IMG/VR virus record: IMGVR_UViG_3300012346_000561
Coordinates: 14,358-78,357 of that record
Origin: a virus
Taxonomy: Duplodnaviria > Heunggongvirae > Uroviricota > Caudoviricetes
DNA length: 64,000 nt
Strand: one strand, 5' to 3'
Positions within the stretch are counted from its first letter, which is position 1; the number at the start of each line of letters is the position of its first letter. Under the pieces are notes generated by a model. It saw nothing but the letters and a program-made list of their open reading frames with translations, was not told the origin of the DNA and ran no database searches. The translations under genes were made by a program, and so were the position numbers. Of this stretch, positions 8,562-18,454 are shown in pieces.

Positions 8562-11396
8562 CTACGTATTTTGATATTCCCAATGCCAAGCTTCACTTGC
8601 AATTCTTCTAAATCCATACTTATCTCCATTTGCAGCTAACCATTTATATTCAGAAAAACTTTCTGCCATTTTTTTACCATCTGCTCTTGCAAAATCGACA
8701 GCTAATCCAAATCCGTGATTAGATGTACCTGGGGTTGCTGTTGGTGGTTTACAAACTCCTCCTGAACAATTCTGGTCATACACTCTTTCCTGGTCAGTAA
8801 CTGTTCTGTATGCTGAGTTTATCTTGAATGTTACTCCTGCTGCAGTTGCTGCGGCTAGTAGGCTGTCTAGCGATCTTGATGCTTTGTCGTACAATCTAAT
8901 ACGTCCACCGTCACTTGATATTGCTCCTTTGTAGGATCTCCAGTTATTTATGTATCGTAATTTGTTATCAGGGATCTCTCCATTGGTGTATTTTACTCCT
9001 TCAATTACTCTAGTTTTTCCTCCCACTACTTTTCTTGCCGTAGGTGGTCTTTTTTGTGGAGGAGTGCTTGCTTTGTTTGATGAACTACTTCCTGCAATAT
9101 TTGCTGATGTTTTGCTTCCCTGTATGTTGTAGAATAGTGTTGATATTGAAGTTTCCCATCTGTTGTCTGCTCCTATCGTATGCTCTAACCCTGTTACTAT
9201 GTATCCAAATTTATCTTGGTAGTTTCTTGGAAGTATTCCCTGTGATATTTTAAAAGCTTCTCCTATCTTTATTCCACCCAGTCCATCTAGTTTAAGTGAA
9301 AGTTCTACCGGGATTAGTCCTGGTACAGCTTCTCCTTGCATCGCTTTATACTTCTGTGCTACGTTCTCAACTGTCCACTCTGCATGCATTGTCTTTGCTG
9401 CTTCAAGATCTTCCTGATCGTATCCTTCCCAATCCCCATTAAATAGATCATAAAACTCTTCTACATCATCAAACCAATCTTCAGTTCTTTCTCTCTTTTC
9501 TTCAGTCTGCTTAGTATCCTCTTCAGATGGTGATGGTTGTTTTGTTGACGTATCCTTTACCGGTCTAATTCTATCTACTATAGAAGGATTCCATCGTATA
9601 ATATTCTCCACATTGTCTGTGTAGTTCAGTGCTGAGCCTTGTGCTGCAATACTGATTTGTGAACCCATTTCATTAGATATCTTACTACTAATTTCTACTC
9701 CTGTAAAAATGCTGTCCAATCCTGTTAGTGGCATTTCTGGGTATTGTGATGAATTGGCTGGTGTTGCATTTCTATCTACTAGGTAGTATGTCGATTCGTC
9801 CTCATCGTATATGAAGTCAAAATCATTTATTCCTCCTAATGCTGTTTCAATTCCATCAAGCATAGCCTTGAAGATATCATGCACACTTTTTGTTCTTTTA
9901 CCATCTGCATCCAATACTTCGTCAATCTTAGCTATTAAGAACGGAACAGCTACTAGAATGTTAAGTACATCGTTTGCTGTAGAGCTTTCTGGTAGTTCTA
10001 TATTATCGTGAATAGAGTCAACTCGAATAGTGTACTCCGCTCCATCCAATACATATCTGTCATTGTATACGTTTACTAATCCCCCTCCAAGTCCACCAAC
10101 GGGTGGTAGCAATGTTGCAAGCCAGTCTATACTTGGCACTACTACTTCAGCTTCAGTTGCAAGTGCACATACATTTGGATCTATTGAAAAATGTTCAGGA
10201 CTTGTTACAAAACTAGAAGATTTTGTATAATCTGTATTAAATTTTAAATATGCATAGTCTGGGTCATCAGGAGATTTTGTTGAATCTATTACTGATATGT
10301 GTTTATTGAATATGTCAAAAATAGTACGTAGAGTTACCCAATGTGTTGGGCTATCTTCATCAAGTATTCCTGTATCGTCATGCTGTACTTTGTGAAAGTA
10401 TCCTCTAAAGTCCAGTAGTGGTTTCATTAGATCTGCTGCTGTTGCACTAACATCTCCCTTGGTAAACGTATCGTCCGTATACTCCTGCAATCTCTCGTAG
10501 AAGTAATGGTACATACTTTTTTTTGCAAGCTTTCCTAAAGTTGAGTCTGGATCAGATACTTGGTCTATTGGAATTCTTTGAGCAGGGTCAAATCTCATTC
10601 CCATCGATTCTATTATCTCTCCTGTTGATATAATGGATACTGTACATTCATATCCTCCACTCTTTGTGTAATTCCATGAAAAGTTTTTAACGTACCCTAT
10701 CATGGCTTCGTAGTTGTAGCTATTTTTTTCTCGTAAACTTTTAATTTCACTTAAAAGTTTTTCCATTTTTATTCCGCTACTAAAAAAGTCTTCTGAAACT
10801 GTTTGAGGAACTGTTTGTACCTTTCCTGCGTTATCCAAATAGATGGTGTGTCCCCACTCAAGTAAAATTGTGAATCCTGGTCTTAGATACAGTTTTTCTA
10901 TTAATTCAAAATCCTCCAACGTCCATACCGACAACTTCACATCTGCTTCCCTTAGTGTTCCGTATGTATTTTTGGATTTTACATTCATGCTAGTAATACC
11001 TGGCATTGGACGTAACCCTGTCGTATCACTTCTGTTGCTGTACGCTGTTGTTGGTGATCCTATATCAGTGTCTGCTATTGCTCTACTGTAATCTGTGTAA
11101 TCAAGACCTTGTCTCAATTTTCCACTTGGTGATAGTAATCCTCCTTGTAGTACAGTTGCTTTTGCTAATTCACTGTTACCTGTTATTGTCGTTCTACCTT
11201 TTGCTTTTCGTAGTGTAGCAACTTCTTGCTCAGTTATCGTATTTACTCCAGAAGACATCTTTACCCAGCCTGTCTTACTATTTAGGTATAGTTGATCCTT
11301 ATCAGTCTTTCCTGATGCTTTTCCTATAATTTCCTTTCTTCTTTGTATCTGTTCAAATACTTTATCTGAAAGTGGACTACCTATACCTCCTGCCAT
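8562..11396 (-). CDS. Baseplate hub-like protein with C-terminal M15B (VanY-like) zinc peptidase, putative tail-associated lysin
   Basis: C-terminal INSAYRT..Q, PGTSNHGFGLAVD (SxHxxGxAxD), EAWHWEY; hub role inferred from position. Confidence 0.75.
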   Translation of the reverse strand: MAGGIGSPLSDKVFEQIQRRKEIIGKASGKTDKDQLYLNSKTGWVKMSSGVNTITEQEVATLRKAKGRTTITGNSELAKATVLQGGLLSPSGKLRQGLDYTDYSRAIADTDIGSPTTAYSNRSDTTGLRPMPGITSMNVKSKNTYGTLREADVKLSVWTLEDFELIEKLYLRPGFTILLEWGHTIYLDNAGKVQTVPQTVSEDFFSSGIKMEKLLSEIKSLREKNSYNYEAMIGYVKNFSWNYTKSGGYECTVSIISTGEIIESMGMRFDPAQRIPIDQVSDPDSTLGKLAKKSMYHYFYERLQEYTDDTFTKGDVSATAADLMKPLLDFRGYFHKVQHDDTGILDEDSPTHWVTLRTIFDIFNKHISVIDSTKSPDDPDYAYLKFNTDYTKSSSFVTSPEHFSIDPNVCALATEAEVVVPSIDWLATLLPPVGGLGGGLVNVYNDRYVLDGAEYTIRVDSIHDNIELPESSTANDVLNILVAVPFLIAKIDEVLDADGKRTKSVHDIFKAMLDGIETALGGINDFDFIYDEDESTYYLVDRNATPANSSQYPEMPLTGLDSIFTGVEISSKISNEMGSQISIAAQGSALNYTDNVENIIRWNPSIVDRIRPVKDTSTKQPSPSEEDTKQTEEKRERTEDWFDDVEEFYDLFNGDWEGYDQEDLEAAKTMHAEWTVENVAQKYKAMQGEAVPGLIPVELSLKLDGLGGIKIGEAFKISQGILPRNYQDKFGYIVTGLEHTIGADNRWETSISTLFYNIQGSKTSANIAGSSSSNKASTPPQKRPPTARKVVGGKTRVIEGVKYTNGEIPDNKLRYINNWRSYKGAISSDGGRIRLYDKASRSLDSLLAAATAAGVTFKINSAYRTVTDQERVYDQNCSGGVCKPPTATPGTSNHGFGLAVDFARADGKKMAESFSEYKWLAANGDKYGFRRIASEAWHWEYQNT

Positions 11397-11698
11397 TATC
11401 TGCCGTTGTTTATTTTATTGTATAACTGAATTACTTGCTCCTTGTTGCCTGGTATTCTTATTTGAATTCCTGGTGTAGGTATTAAGGATGCTTGCTCTGC
11501 TGTATTTGCTGCTGCAATGATCCACCATAACGATGCATCTCCATAAAACTGTGAAGCTAGGATATCGTACCTATCTCCTGCGGTTGTTCTCACATAGAAA
11601 TCACTTTCTGATGGAGGTACTTCGGGATAGATTGTGTTTATCTTATGTGTTACTCCTTTTGCAGATTTGATTTCTCGTATATCTTGATATCTGTTCAT
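11396..11698 (-). CDS. LysM-like baseplate protein (gp53/tail X-like)
   Basis: GDRYDILASQFYGDASLWWIIAAAN...G.QIRIP. Confidence 0.8.
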   Translation of the reverse strand: MNRYQDIREIKSAKGVTHKINTIYPEVPPSESDFYVRTTAGDRYDILASQFYGDASLWWIIAAANTAEQASLIPTPGIQIRIPGNKEQVIQLYNKINNGR

Positions 11699-11723
11699 AA
11701 TTTAATATACTAAAATGTTTGGG

Positions 11724-13778
11724 TTAGAAAAACCTTGGATTTTCTTTTCCGTTAGTAAAATAGTGATACAATCCTGTTTGAGGTGCAAAGTCGTGAATTG
11801 GTTTGAAAGTAACACTACACTGTAGTCCCATTGGCAGTACTTGTGAATCTGGTTCTACTCCTTCTGGCTGTCCCATTGCGATTTCCCAAGGCATTCCATC
11901 TATTAAGCTGTACTTTACACTTTGTATTATTCCTGGCATTTGATCCAAGTAAGATCCCACTGTAAGTTTTGTGAATGTACCTCTCATAAATTTAGAATAA
12001 ACTCCTCCATAGGTTGGAGCTGTTGTCGATGCTAAAAATACCATCTTTTTATATAAAGGTTTCATCTCAGCTCTTGTAGCTGCAGCTATTTTAAAGTCTA
12101 ACGTAATTGTTCTGTTAAATCCACCATAAGTATAAAACTCCTCTGCTCTACCAACGTATCTATGTCCTTGCCACTCTGCTCCATAATCATCGCTAAGATT
12201 GTCTATATGTGCTCTAAAGTATAGAAACTGAGAAGCTGCTTCTGGATCAACTGGTAGTATTTCAAAATACAGTTTAGCTAAGTCTCTACCTGCTCCTACT
12301 CCATCTGGTTTTGCTGTTGTTACGTCTATACTGTTTATTTGGTCTATTTCTGTTATAGATGGCTTTGTCCAGTAATTAACACCTGCCTTCGATGATGCAC
12401 CTTGATCTCCTAATGCTACTCTTCTTTCCTTAGCTGCGTACTTTTTACTAGCTCCTATCTTTCTGTTTTTCTGCTCTGCAGTATAGGTACTTTTATCAGA
12501 GTAGGTGCGTGCTAGCTCTTGTACACTTTGCTCTGCAGTTCCTTTATTACCCTCTGCAATACTTTTTGAATTTTGTATCTCAGAGTTTTCATTTTTATAT
12601 TTTGTAAATGGAATAGAACCTGCACTAGCTGCTTTGGTTATAGCATCGCTAACACCTGTATAAGTTGAGTCTGCTGTATAGCTATTTTTAGGTAGGTTAT
12701 CCTCTGATAGTGGTAGCCCACTTCCTTGTACTCCTTGGTTGGATACACTTCCTTGTACTGCTGCTGTTGTTTCGCTTGCTCCTTCAGACTTTACTGGAAT
12801 TGCTGACCCTGATAATGCGTTTGATATGTTACTAGCTGTACCGTTCTTTGCTTTTGTAGTCTGATCCTCTTCTTTGAAAGGTTTTATATCCGGTTGTTGA
12901 AGTTGAGATATATCTCCTGCTACGTCCCTGTTTGATATACCTAGTGACCCAGGTGTACGTGTAGTGTCATCTGAATTTAATGGATTGGGTACAAACAGTG
13001 TTGTTGAGTTTGTAACCTCTCCTGTATCTGCATTTGTTTGTTTTGCTGGTACTGGTGCTGATCTGTTTACTGGGATTGCTTTACCTAGTTTACTATACTC
13101 ACGTGAAGATTCTCTTGGTATAGTTTCTACTATCTGTGCATTCTTTTTCTCATTCCAGTTAGTGCCTCCATCTCCATCCTGATTTACAGGTGAATTGTAT
13201 GCAAATTTTGGATCACTACCATTTGGAGAACCTGCCTCTCCTCTGTTGTTAATAAACTGAGTAGTGGCTTTCCCTGGTACTTCTTTTCCTTTCAGTGCAA
13301 AAGGTGCTCCCTCTACTCCTCCTGCTCCAAAGAATTGAGCAAACGCAGATCTTGTGTTTCCTCCTGAGGGTTGCAAATATGTGTCAGTTCTAAATGCGTA
13401 CACAAAGTGTGTACCTGTTCCATTAACTGGAACTTGTGCAATTGTAGAACCCAGTATCTGAGCTGTTTTCTTTATTGTGCTTAGTCCTTGTTGTATAAGA
13501 GCACCTCCAAAGGTCTTACCATTATCTCTGCTCTTTTGCAACTTGTCTTGAACATCTACTTGTTGAAGTAGTGCTTGGTTTCCTATAAACTTTAATCCAG
13601 GACGATCAATAAGCATTTGAGCGATTCTAGATAAATCATCTACACGCTTTAGTATTTGCATACCGGTTTGGTTACTAGTAGGAGGGTTATTTATGTCCTT
13701 AGTAATATACGGCTTATCGCTTCCGTAACGCAGACTTTTGAGGTCTGTTTGCAGATCTATTAATCTTGGTCCTGCCAT
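11724..13778 (-). CDS. Baseplate / tail tube initiator-like protein with low-complexity central linker
   Basis: C-terminal FRAHIDNLSDDY.AEW...YVGRAE.FY.YGGFNRTITLDF typical of contractile-tail tube initiators; follows tape measure. Confidence 0.6.
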   Translation of the reverse strand: MAGPRLIDLQTDLKSLRYGSDKPYITKDINNPPTSNQTGMQILKRVDDLSRIAQMLIDRPGLKFIGNQALLQQVDVQDKLQKSRDNGKTFGGALIQQGLSTIKKTAQILGSTIAQVPVNGTGTHFVYAFRTDTYLQPSGGNTRSAFAQFFGAGGVEGAPFALKGKEVPGKATTQFINNRGEAGSPNGSDPKFAYNSPVNQDGDGGTNWNEKKNAQIVETIPRESSREYSKLGKAIPVNRSAPVPAKQTNADTGEVTNSTTLFVPNPLNSDDTTRTPGSLGISNRDVAGDISQLQQPDIKPFKEEDQTTKAKNGTASNISNALSGSAIPVKSEGASETTAAVQGSVSNQGVQGSGLPLSEDNLPKNSYTADSTYTGVSDAITKAASAGSIPFTKYKNENSEIQNSKSIAEGNKGTAEQSVQELARTYSDKSTYTAEQKNRKIGASKKYAAKERRVALGDQGASSKAGVNYWTKPSITEIDQINSIDVTTAKPDGVGAGRDLAKLYFEILPVDPEAASQFLYFRAHIDNLSDDYGAEWQGHRYVGRAEEFYTYGGFNRTITLDFKIAAATRAEMKPLYKKMVFLASTTAPTYGGVYSKFMRGTFTKLTVGSYLDQMPGIIQSVKYSLIDGMPWEIAMGQPEGVEPDSQVLPMGLQCSVTFKPIHDFAPQTGLYHYFTNGKENPRFF

Positions 13779-13789
13779 GTTGGTTTATT

Positions 13790-13999
13790 TTATCCTGGAG
13801 GGTTATCTAAGTACTTTGGAGGTGTTACTCCGTCTAAATCCAATACGGATGGAGCTGGCGTAGGTGGTGCCTCAACTGGTACTCCGTTGATCGAGTATTC
13901 GTAGTGCATAGTTGAGTTTACATTTGCACTCGGTACTTGTGGTGGAGTTGTTCCTTGTAGTCCTAAGTTACTTGATGGTAGTAAATCTATTAATCCCAT
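13790..13999 (-). CDS. Small Pro-rich hypothetical virion protein
   Basis: 69-aa ORF with upstream TATTTAT motif. Confidence 0.65.
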   Translation of the reverse strand: MGLIDLLPSSNLGLQGTTPPQVPSANVNSTMHYEYSINGVPVEAPPTPAPSVLDLDGVTPPKYLDNPPG

Positions 14000-14023
14000 T
14001 TCTATTCTGTTTTTAAGTTTATT

Positions 14024-14030
14024 ATAAATA
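14024..14030 (-). promoter_or_regulatory. Putative late promoter TATTTAT
   Basis: Recurrent intergenic heptamer upstream of a structural gene. Confidence 0.55.
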
Positions 14031-14036
14031 GTTTAT

Positions 14037-16802
14037 TTACGAAGATTTATAAGATCCTAATGCTAGGGATTTCCCTACTCTATTAGAATCCATATAAATG
14101 TCTCCAGTTTTGTTTACTAAAGTTTTTAACAATCCTGACATTTCATTTCTCATCTGTTTGATTTCGTTACTACTGTCTGTCTGTCTTGCTGCATTTGACA
14201 TTGCTGATGGACGTCCTCCTGGTATGGTTGCTCCTGCTTTGATCTTCTCGTCTCCTCCTAGATTTGTACCTACTTTGATTTTTCCATCTGCTCCGTACAT
14301 CGCTTTATCGTTTGGATCTAGTTGTACCGAACCAAACTCCCCTGTCATTACAGGTCCTTTTTTAGGATCTACAATACCATCCTTCATCATATACTTAGCC
14401 CCTAGTCCAACAACTGTCGCGGCAGCGGCTAACCCTAAAGCCCAACCTACTACAGGTATGCTAGATAAGGATTGTATTACTCCCATAGCTGCTTTTCCTA
14501 TACTCATGCCCAGGTCTTTCATACTCATTATCAATCCCCTCTTCTTTATAGCTTCCATTGTTGCTTCATACCCTACCTGGGCTGCTTTCCAAAGTGTTTT
14601 TCCTCTTTCCCATATGTAAGCTATTCCGTCGTAGGTATTCATGATAACTTTTCTTCCTAAACTCTTTTCATCTAGAGTAGCAGCAAATGTCTTTATTCCG
14701 ACTATTCCCTGTTCTGATATCAGCCCGGCTAGTAGTTGTAAGTTGTAAGCTACTCTTGTTCCTAAGCTTTGTCTCTCCATGATACCTTGCACACCTTTTT
14801 CACGAGTAATAAAAGCTTCTTGTCCCATTGACATAGCCTTAAGTGCATAATTTGCTCGGTTTGCTGCTAATGTTGCTGTTGTTATTATCTGTATACTCTT
14901 ATATAGTCCGTACACAAATAGTAGGGGTTTTATCATAGAGCTTATTCCTGTTGCTATATATCCTATCACCATAGCTACCGGCTGTAGTACGGTTGACAGT
15001 GTTTCTATAATTGGAACAATTGCTTCTCCAATAGGTGCAAATGCTTGAGCTAGCTTATCTACCACTTTTGCCATTCTTTCTTGAATGTCCATGCTCTGCA
15101 TCTGCTCCTTAGTAACTCCCATTACTGCAGCTCTTTGCTCCAGTGTTGCATTTTTAGATGCTTCTTGTGCAAGAATTGACTTTGCAAGCTGCTCTCTATT
15201 CATTCCTAGAGCTTTTGCTAAAGCATCTTGCTCCAATCTATTCATTTTAGAAAACTCTGCTGCTGTAGCTCCATTAGCGGCTAATTCTTTTGACAATCCC
15301 TCTAAGTCATTTGTAAGAGCTAATTCCCTAGCTCTTTCTAAGTTTAGACTCTTTCCTGTCATCAACTCTGCTTCTAGTTCTGCTGAGATTGAATCTTCAA
15401 AGTTTAGTAGTCCTGCTGCTACATCGCTAACCTGTTGCAATGACATTCCAAAGGCTCTTGCTGCAACACCAGCTCGTCCCAAAGCTTCCGGATTGTTTCC
15501 AAGTGCCATTGTTACATCTAGCGATGTATTTAAAATATCCTGCATTGCAACTCCCGGTGCCACTAATGATCCGTTAAGTTGGTTTCCTGCAGAAACTCCT
15601 TTTAATAAATTGTCCTGAAAGCTGTCTATGTTTGTGTTTGCAAGTTTGCTTTGAATTCCTAGACTTCCAGCTTGTTCTGCTGACAATCCTAGTAAATTCT
15701 TTGCTTCTGCTAATCCTGCGATAGTGTCGTTGTCAAATATCGATGTTGCAGACATTCCTAACTGGTTGGTTAGTTCTGCTGCTACTTCTAAATACTCTAC
15801 TGATGTTGCTAATCGACTGTTTAGTGCTGCTTGATTTGTTGCATTTGTACCAGACAGTCTTGTGTATGCTACCGCTGCTTTATTTACTGCAAAAAAGCTT
15901 GTAACTATTTTATCTATTATTACAGCAGGATCTGTTAGAGCTTTTTTAAATCCTCTTAGAATTGGATTCACACCTGCTAGCATTACCTGCAGCCTTCCTC
16001 CCGATTTAACACCTGCTTCTATCTGCATTGCCATATCTTCCATGGCTTGGTTTGCTTCTTGGATAGCATCCCCCATTATCCCGGAATCTATTCCCAGACC
16101 TGTCATAAATGTTCCTAATCCTTTTAATGCAGCACCACTAAGGCCTAGTAAGTCATTTATTCTCTTTTCCTTATCTATCCTCATATCCAGTTTTTTCTCT
16201 AACTGGAGTAGTGCGTCGTTTTGGTCGTAGTATAGTTGTAATAGTGCCTGCTCTTCTGGTCTTAGGTTTGTTTTTACGTTCTTTAAGTAGTCTGTAACAA
16301 AATCATTTATATCCTGCTGACTAGCTCCCATTGCATGGAACTGTGCTACTTCTGCATCTAACGCCTTTGTTACATTATCTCTAGTTACTAACATCTTAGC
16401 TTCTTGTTTAAGTAGCTCACTGTTTTTCTTAGCTTTTTCCTGTAACTTATGTAACTGAGATATGTTAAGTTTATTTATTTCTTGTTCGTCGAACTTTAAA
16501 TCCTGTACTGCATCTTCTAATTGTCTAAATGCAGTTCGAGTTTTTGTTATAGTTGTCTGCTGACCTCTGTACTCTGCTGTTATTGCTCTCAGGGTAGTGT
16601 ATAGACTGGATACACTGTCTGACATATTATCTAACTGTTTACGTGCTTGGTCAATGTACCCTGGCAGGTCTTTGTACTGTTTCAATAGCTCTGCGTCTCC
16701 AAAAGAAAATGGAGTTTCATTCAACTTAGCTTTTAATAAGTTTAGCTCTTGTAATAATTTCTTAGCTTTTACTAAGTCTGCTGGACTGTTTTGATCGGCC
16801 AT
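14037..16802 (-). CDS. Tail tape measure protein
   Basis: 921 aa, Ala/Leu-rich helical, hydrophobic stretches, between tail chaperone and baseplate. Confidence 0.8.
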   Translation of the reverse strand: MADQNSPADLVKAKKLLQELNLLKAKLNETPFSFGDAELLKQYKDLPGYIDQARKQLDNMSDSVSSLYTTLRAITAEYRGQQTTITKTRTAFRQLEDAVQDLKFDEQEINKLNISQLHKLQEKAKKNSELLKQEAKMLVTRDNVTKALDAEVAQFHAMGASQQDINDFVTDYLKNVKTNLRPEEQALLQLYYDQNDALLQLEKKLDMRIDKEKRINDLLGLSGAALKGLGTFMTGLGIDSGIMGDAIQEANQAMEDMAMQIEAGVKSGGRLQVMLAGVNPILRGFKKALTDPAVIIDKIVTSFFAVNKAAVAYTRLSGTNATNQAALNSRLATSVEYLEVAAELTNQLGMSATSIFDNDTIAGLAEAKNLLGLSAEQAGSLGIQSKLANTNIDSFQDNLLKGVSAGNQLNGSLVAPGVAMQDILNTSLDVTMALGNNPEALGRAGVAARAFGMSLQQVSDVAAGLLNFEDSISAELEAELMTGKSLNLERARELALTNDLEGLSKELAANGATAAEFSKMNRLEQDALAKALGMNREQLAKSILAQEASKNATLEQRAAVMGVTKEQMQSMDIQERMAKVVDKLAQAFAPIGEAIVPIIETLSTVLQPVAMVIGYIATGISSMIKPLLFVYGLYKSIQIITTATLAANRANYALKAMSMGQEAFITREKGVQGIMERQSLGTRVAYNLQLLAGLISEQGIVGIKTFAATLDEKSLGRKVIMNTYDGIAYIWERGKTLWKAAQVGYEATMEAIKKRGLIMSMKDLGMSIGKAAMGVIQSLSSIPVVGWALGLAAAATVVGLGAKYMMKDGIVDPKKGPVMTGEFGSVQLDPNDKAMYGADGKIKVGTNLGGDEKIKAGATIPGGRPSAMSNAARQTDSSNEIKQMRNEMSGLLKTLVNKTGDIYMDSNRVGKSLALGSYKSS

Positions 16803-16820
16803 GTGATAATACGGTTTATT

Positions 16821-16827
16821 ATAAATA
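16821..16827 (-). promoter_or_regulatory. Putative late promoter TATTTAT (tape measure)
   Basis: 18 nt upstream of ATG. Confidence 0.55.
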
Positions 16828-16841
16828 GTAAAGACTCGTAG

Positions 16842-17129
16842 TTATTTACGAGCCTTTGTGCTATAGTCAGGTGCCTTTAGTACTCCATCCTGTAATAGTG
16901 ATTGATTTCCTTGAGCTTGCTGTGCTTGTTTGTTTTCATTTTCATAGAACTCAAGCATTGTTCTGTGTATGTATTTTCTTAACCAAATTGGAAAATTATA
17001 CACTTCACTAAACGTATATCCTCCTTTTCCATGAAAACATATATCATGCAATTGTGAGAATACTACACCCCTATATTGCGGCGTCAGGCCAAAGAAAGGT
17101 AATTCCAATTGGAATATCGACCCCTCCAT
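16842..17129 (-). CDS. Overlapping +1-frame ORF, probable frameshift extension of the tail assembly chaperone (GT-like)
   Basis: Overlaps the last 59 nt of the chaperone; FFGLTPQYR...Y.FPIWLRKY; directly upstream of tape measure. Confidence 0.6.
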   Translation of the reverse strand: MEGSIFQLELPFFGLTPQYRGVVFSQLHDICFHGKGGYTFSEVYNFPIWLRKYIHRTMLEFYENENKQAQQAQGNQSLLQDGVLKAPDYSTKARK

Positions 17130-17811
17130 CTGGTCCGTTCTCAGGATAGAACTTTAAGTCAACATCTGGTTGAATACTTTTTACATATTCTCTAAATGCT
17201 CTTGCGTCTCTTGCTAATAGGAAGTTGTCTACGAAATCTCTAATTACAGAAGGTGCTGTATCTCCTTCTACAGATGTTATAATTCTTTTTAATCTTGTAG
17301 ATAGTTCTGCTGAGGATTCTTTGTTAAGTTTTTTTAATCCTTTTACTTCTTGGTCTACTGCTTGTTCATCTGCATGAGTTAACAGTTTAAAAGTAATGGT
17401 TGTACCTGATGTTTGTGTTTTATATGTGAAGTTGTTTTCTCCTTGTTTGTATAAGGATTCATCCAATTCCTTATGCTTTACTAAAGATAAGTCAACAACT
17501 TGCGTCTCTCCTGCATAATCAAATTCATAATCTTTTCCGTACCCTAAAATACGAGAAGCTACAAGAATTGCATTCTTATCTCCTACAAGCAAATCTCCGT
17601 AGTTGATTGGAGTTACGATTAGTGATTGTAGTAGTTTGTCTATTACAGTTCCGTTTTGAATGTAGTTCTGATTTGTTAAGATGTCTTCCTCTCGAGCTGT
17701 CATATATTTCATCTCGATTTTACCTTCCGAGAGTATTGAATCTTTTGAGTAAAGAAGTCCTTTTGAAGGAAGTTCTACCATTTCGGTAGGAAATTTGTGT
17801 TTTTGTTCCAT
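17071..17811 (-). CDS. Tail assembly chaperone / baseplate hub assembly protein (gp26-like)
   Basis: ELPSKGLLY, KYMTAREEDIL, GDKNAILVASRILGYG; between tube and tape measure. Confidence 0.7.
   Translation of the reverse strand: MEQKHKFPTEMVELPSKGLLYSKDSILSEGKIEMKYMTAREEDILTNQNYIQNGTVIDKLLQSLIVTPINYGDLLVGDKNAILVASRILGYGKDYEFDYAGETQVVDLSLVKHKELDESLYKQGENNFTYKTQTSGTTITFKLLTHADEQAVDQEVKGLKKLNKESSAELSTRLKRIITSVEGDTAPSVIRDFVDNFLLARDARAFREYVKSIQPDVDLKFYPENGPDGGVDIPIGITFLWPDAAI
17089..17100 (-). other. Candidate +1 ribosomal slippage site ACC-UUU-CUU-UGG
   Basis: UUU to UUC or CUU to UUU re-pairing enters the frame of ORF 16842..17129. Confidence 0.45.
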
Positions 17812-17845
17812 AAATTTTATTTGTTAGTAACTAGTTCTATATATA

Positions 17846-17874
17846 AATATATCAAAAAAACTTTTTTAAAACAA
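17846..17874 (-). promoter_or_regulatory. Host-type promoter overlapping TATTTAT motif upstream of tail chaperone
   Basis: TTGTTT-N17-TATATT, continuing TATATTTAT. Confidence 0.55.
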
Positions 17875-17875
17875 C

Positions 17876-17899
17876 AAAGCCTGACTTTCATCAGGCTTG
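17876..17899 (-). terminator. Intrinsic terminator after tail tube
   Basis: AGCCUGA-UGAAAG-UCAGGCU followed by UUGUUGUUUU. Confidence 0.75.
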
Positions 17900-17920
17900 T
17901 TAATTTTATTTGAATGCTTA

Positions 17921-18409
17921 TTAGTAATTTAATACACAATAATCCATTGCTACTGAAATCTGAATTTCTACTAATCCATCTGCTGAAGTCCAGTCGAATT
18001 GTCCAAAGTCACCTTTTGTTAAGAAAGCTCCTTTGATAATCCACTCTCCTACAATATCCCCTACAGGACCTAAGATGTTAAGAGTTAAATCTTTTTTGTA
18101 GAAATCTGAGTAACCTGCTCTACCGGTTACTGATTCATATCCTAAACGAGCCCATTCCATTACTGATTGAGCTCCAGAAGGAGTAATTGGTGAATATAAA
18201 GTCATATCCATATCCTGCCACTCTCTTTTTCCTCTTATTTTTCTGTAAGAGTTGATGTGGTCAAGTTTGATCATTCCATCTTGAAAAGTTGGAGCTTTAA
18301 CATTCTTAACCATGAATGCTGGGATATTGTCTATATACATTACGAACCTGTGTTGAACCATTGGTTCAAAAGCTCTAAACATTATTTCATTAGGATCTAA
18401 TACTGCCAT
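17921..18409 (-). CDS. Tail tube protein (gp19-like)
   Basis: 162 aa after sheath; RFVMYID, W.DM..TLY..I.PSGAQ.VMEW, VAMDYC. Confidence 0.88.
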   Translation of the reverse strand: MAVLDPNEIMFRAFEPMVQHRFVMYIDNIPAFMVKNVKAPTFQDGMIKLDHINSYRKIRGKREWQDMDMTLYSPITPSGAQSVMEWARLGYESVTGRAGYSDFYKKDLTLNILGPVGDIVGEWIIKGAFLTKGDFGQFDWTSADGLVEIQISVAMDYCVLNY

Positions 18410-18431
18410 TTTATTTTCTTATTATTTAATT

Positions 18432-18438
18432 ATAAATA
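18432..18438 (-). promoter_or_regulatory. Putative late promoter TATTTAT (tail tube)
   Basis: 22 nt upstream of ATG. Confidence 0.55.
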
Positions 18439-18454
18439 TCTACTGTTTAGATTC

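Noticed and set aside
8556-8564. In-frame TAG-GAT-ATG junction that could fuse the baseplate peptidase to the next ORF by read-through
   Set aside because: The M15 domain ends naturally at WHWEY, the next gene has its own ATG, in-frame adjacency occurs by chance one time in three, and no read-through signal is evident.
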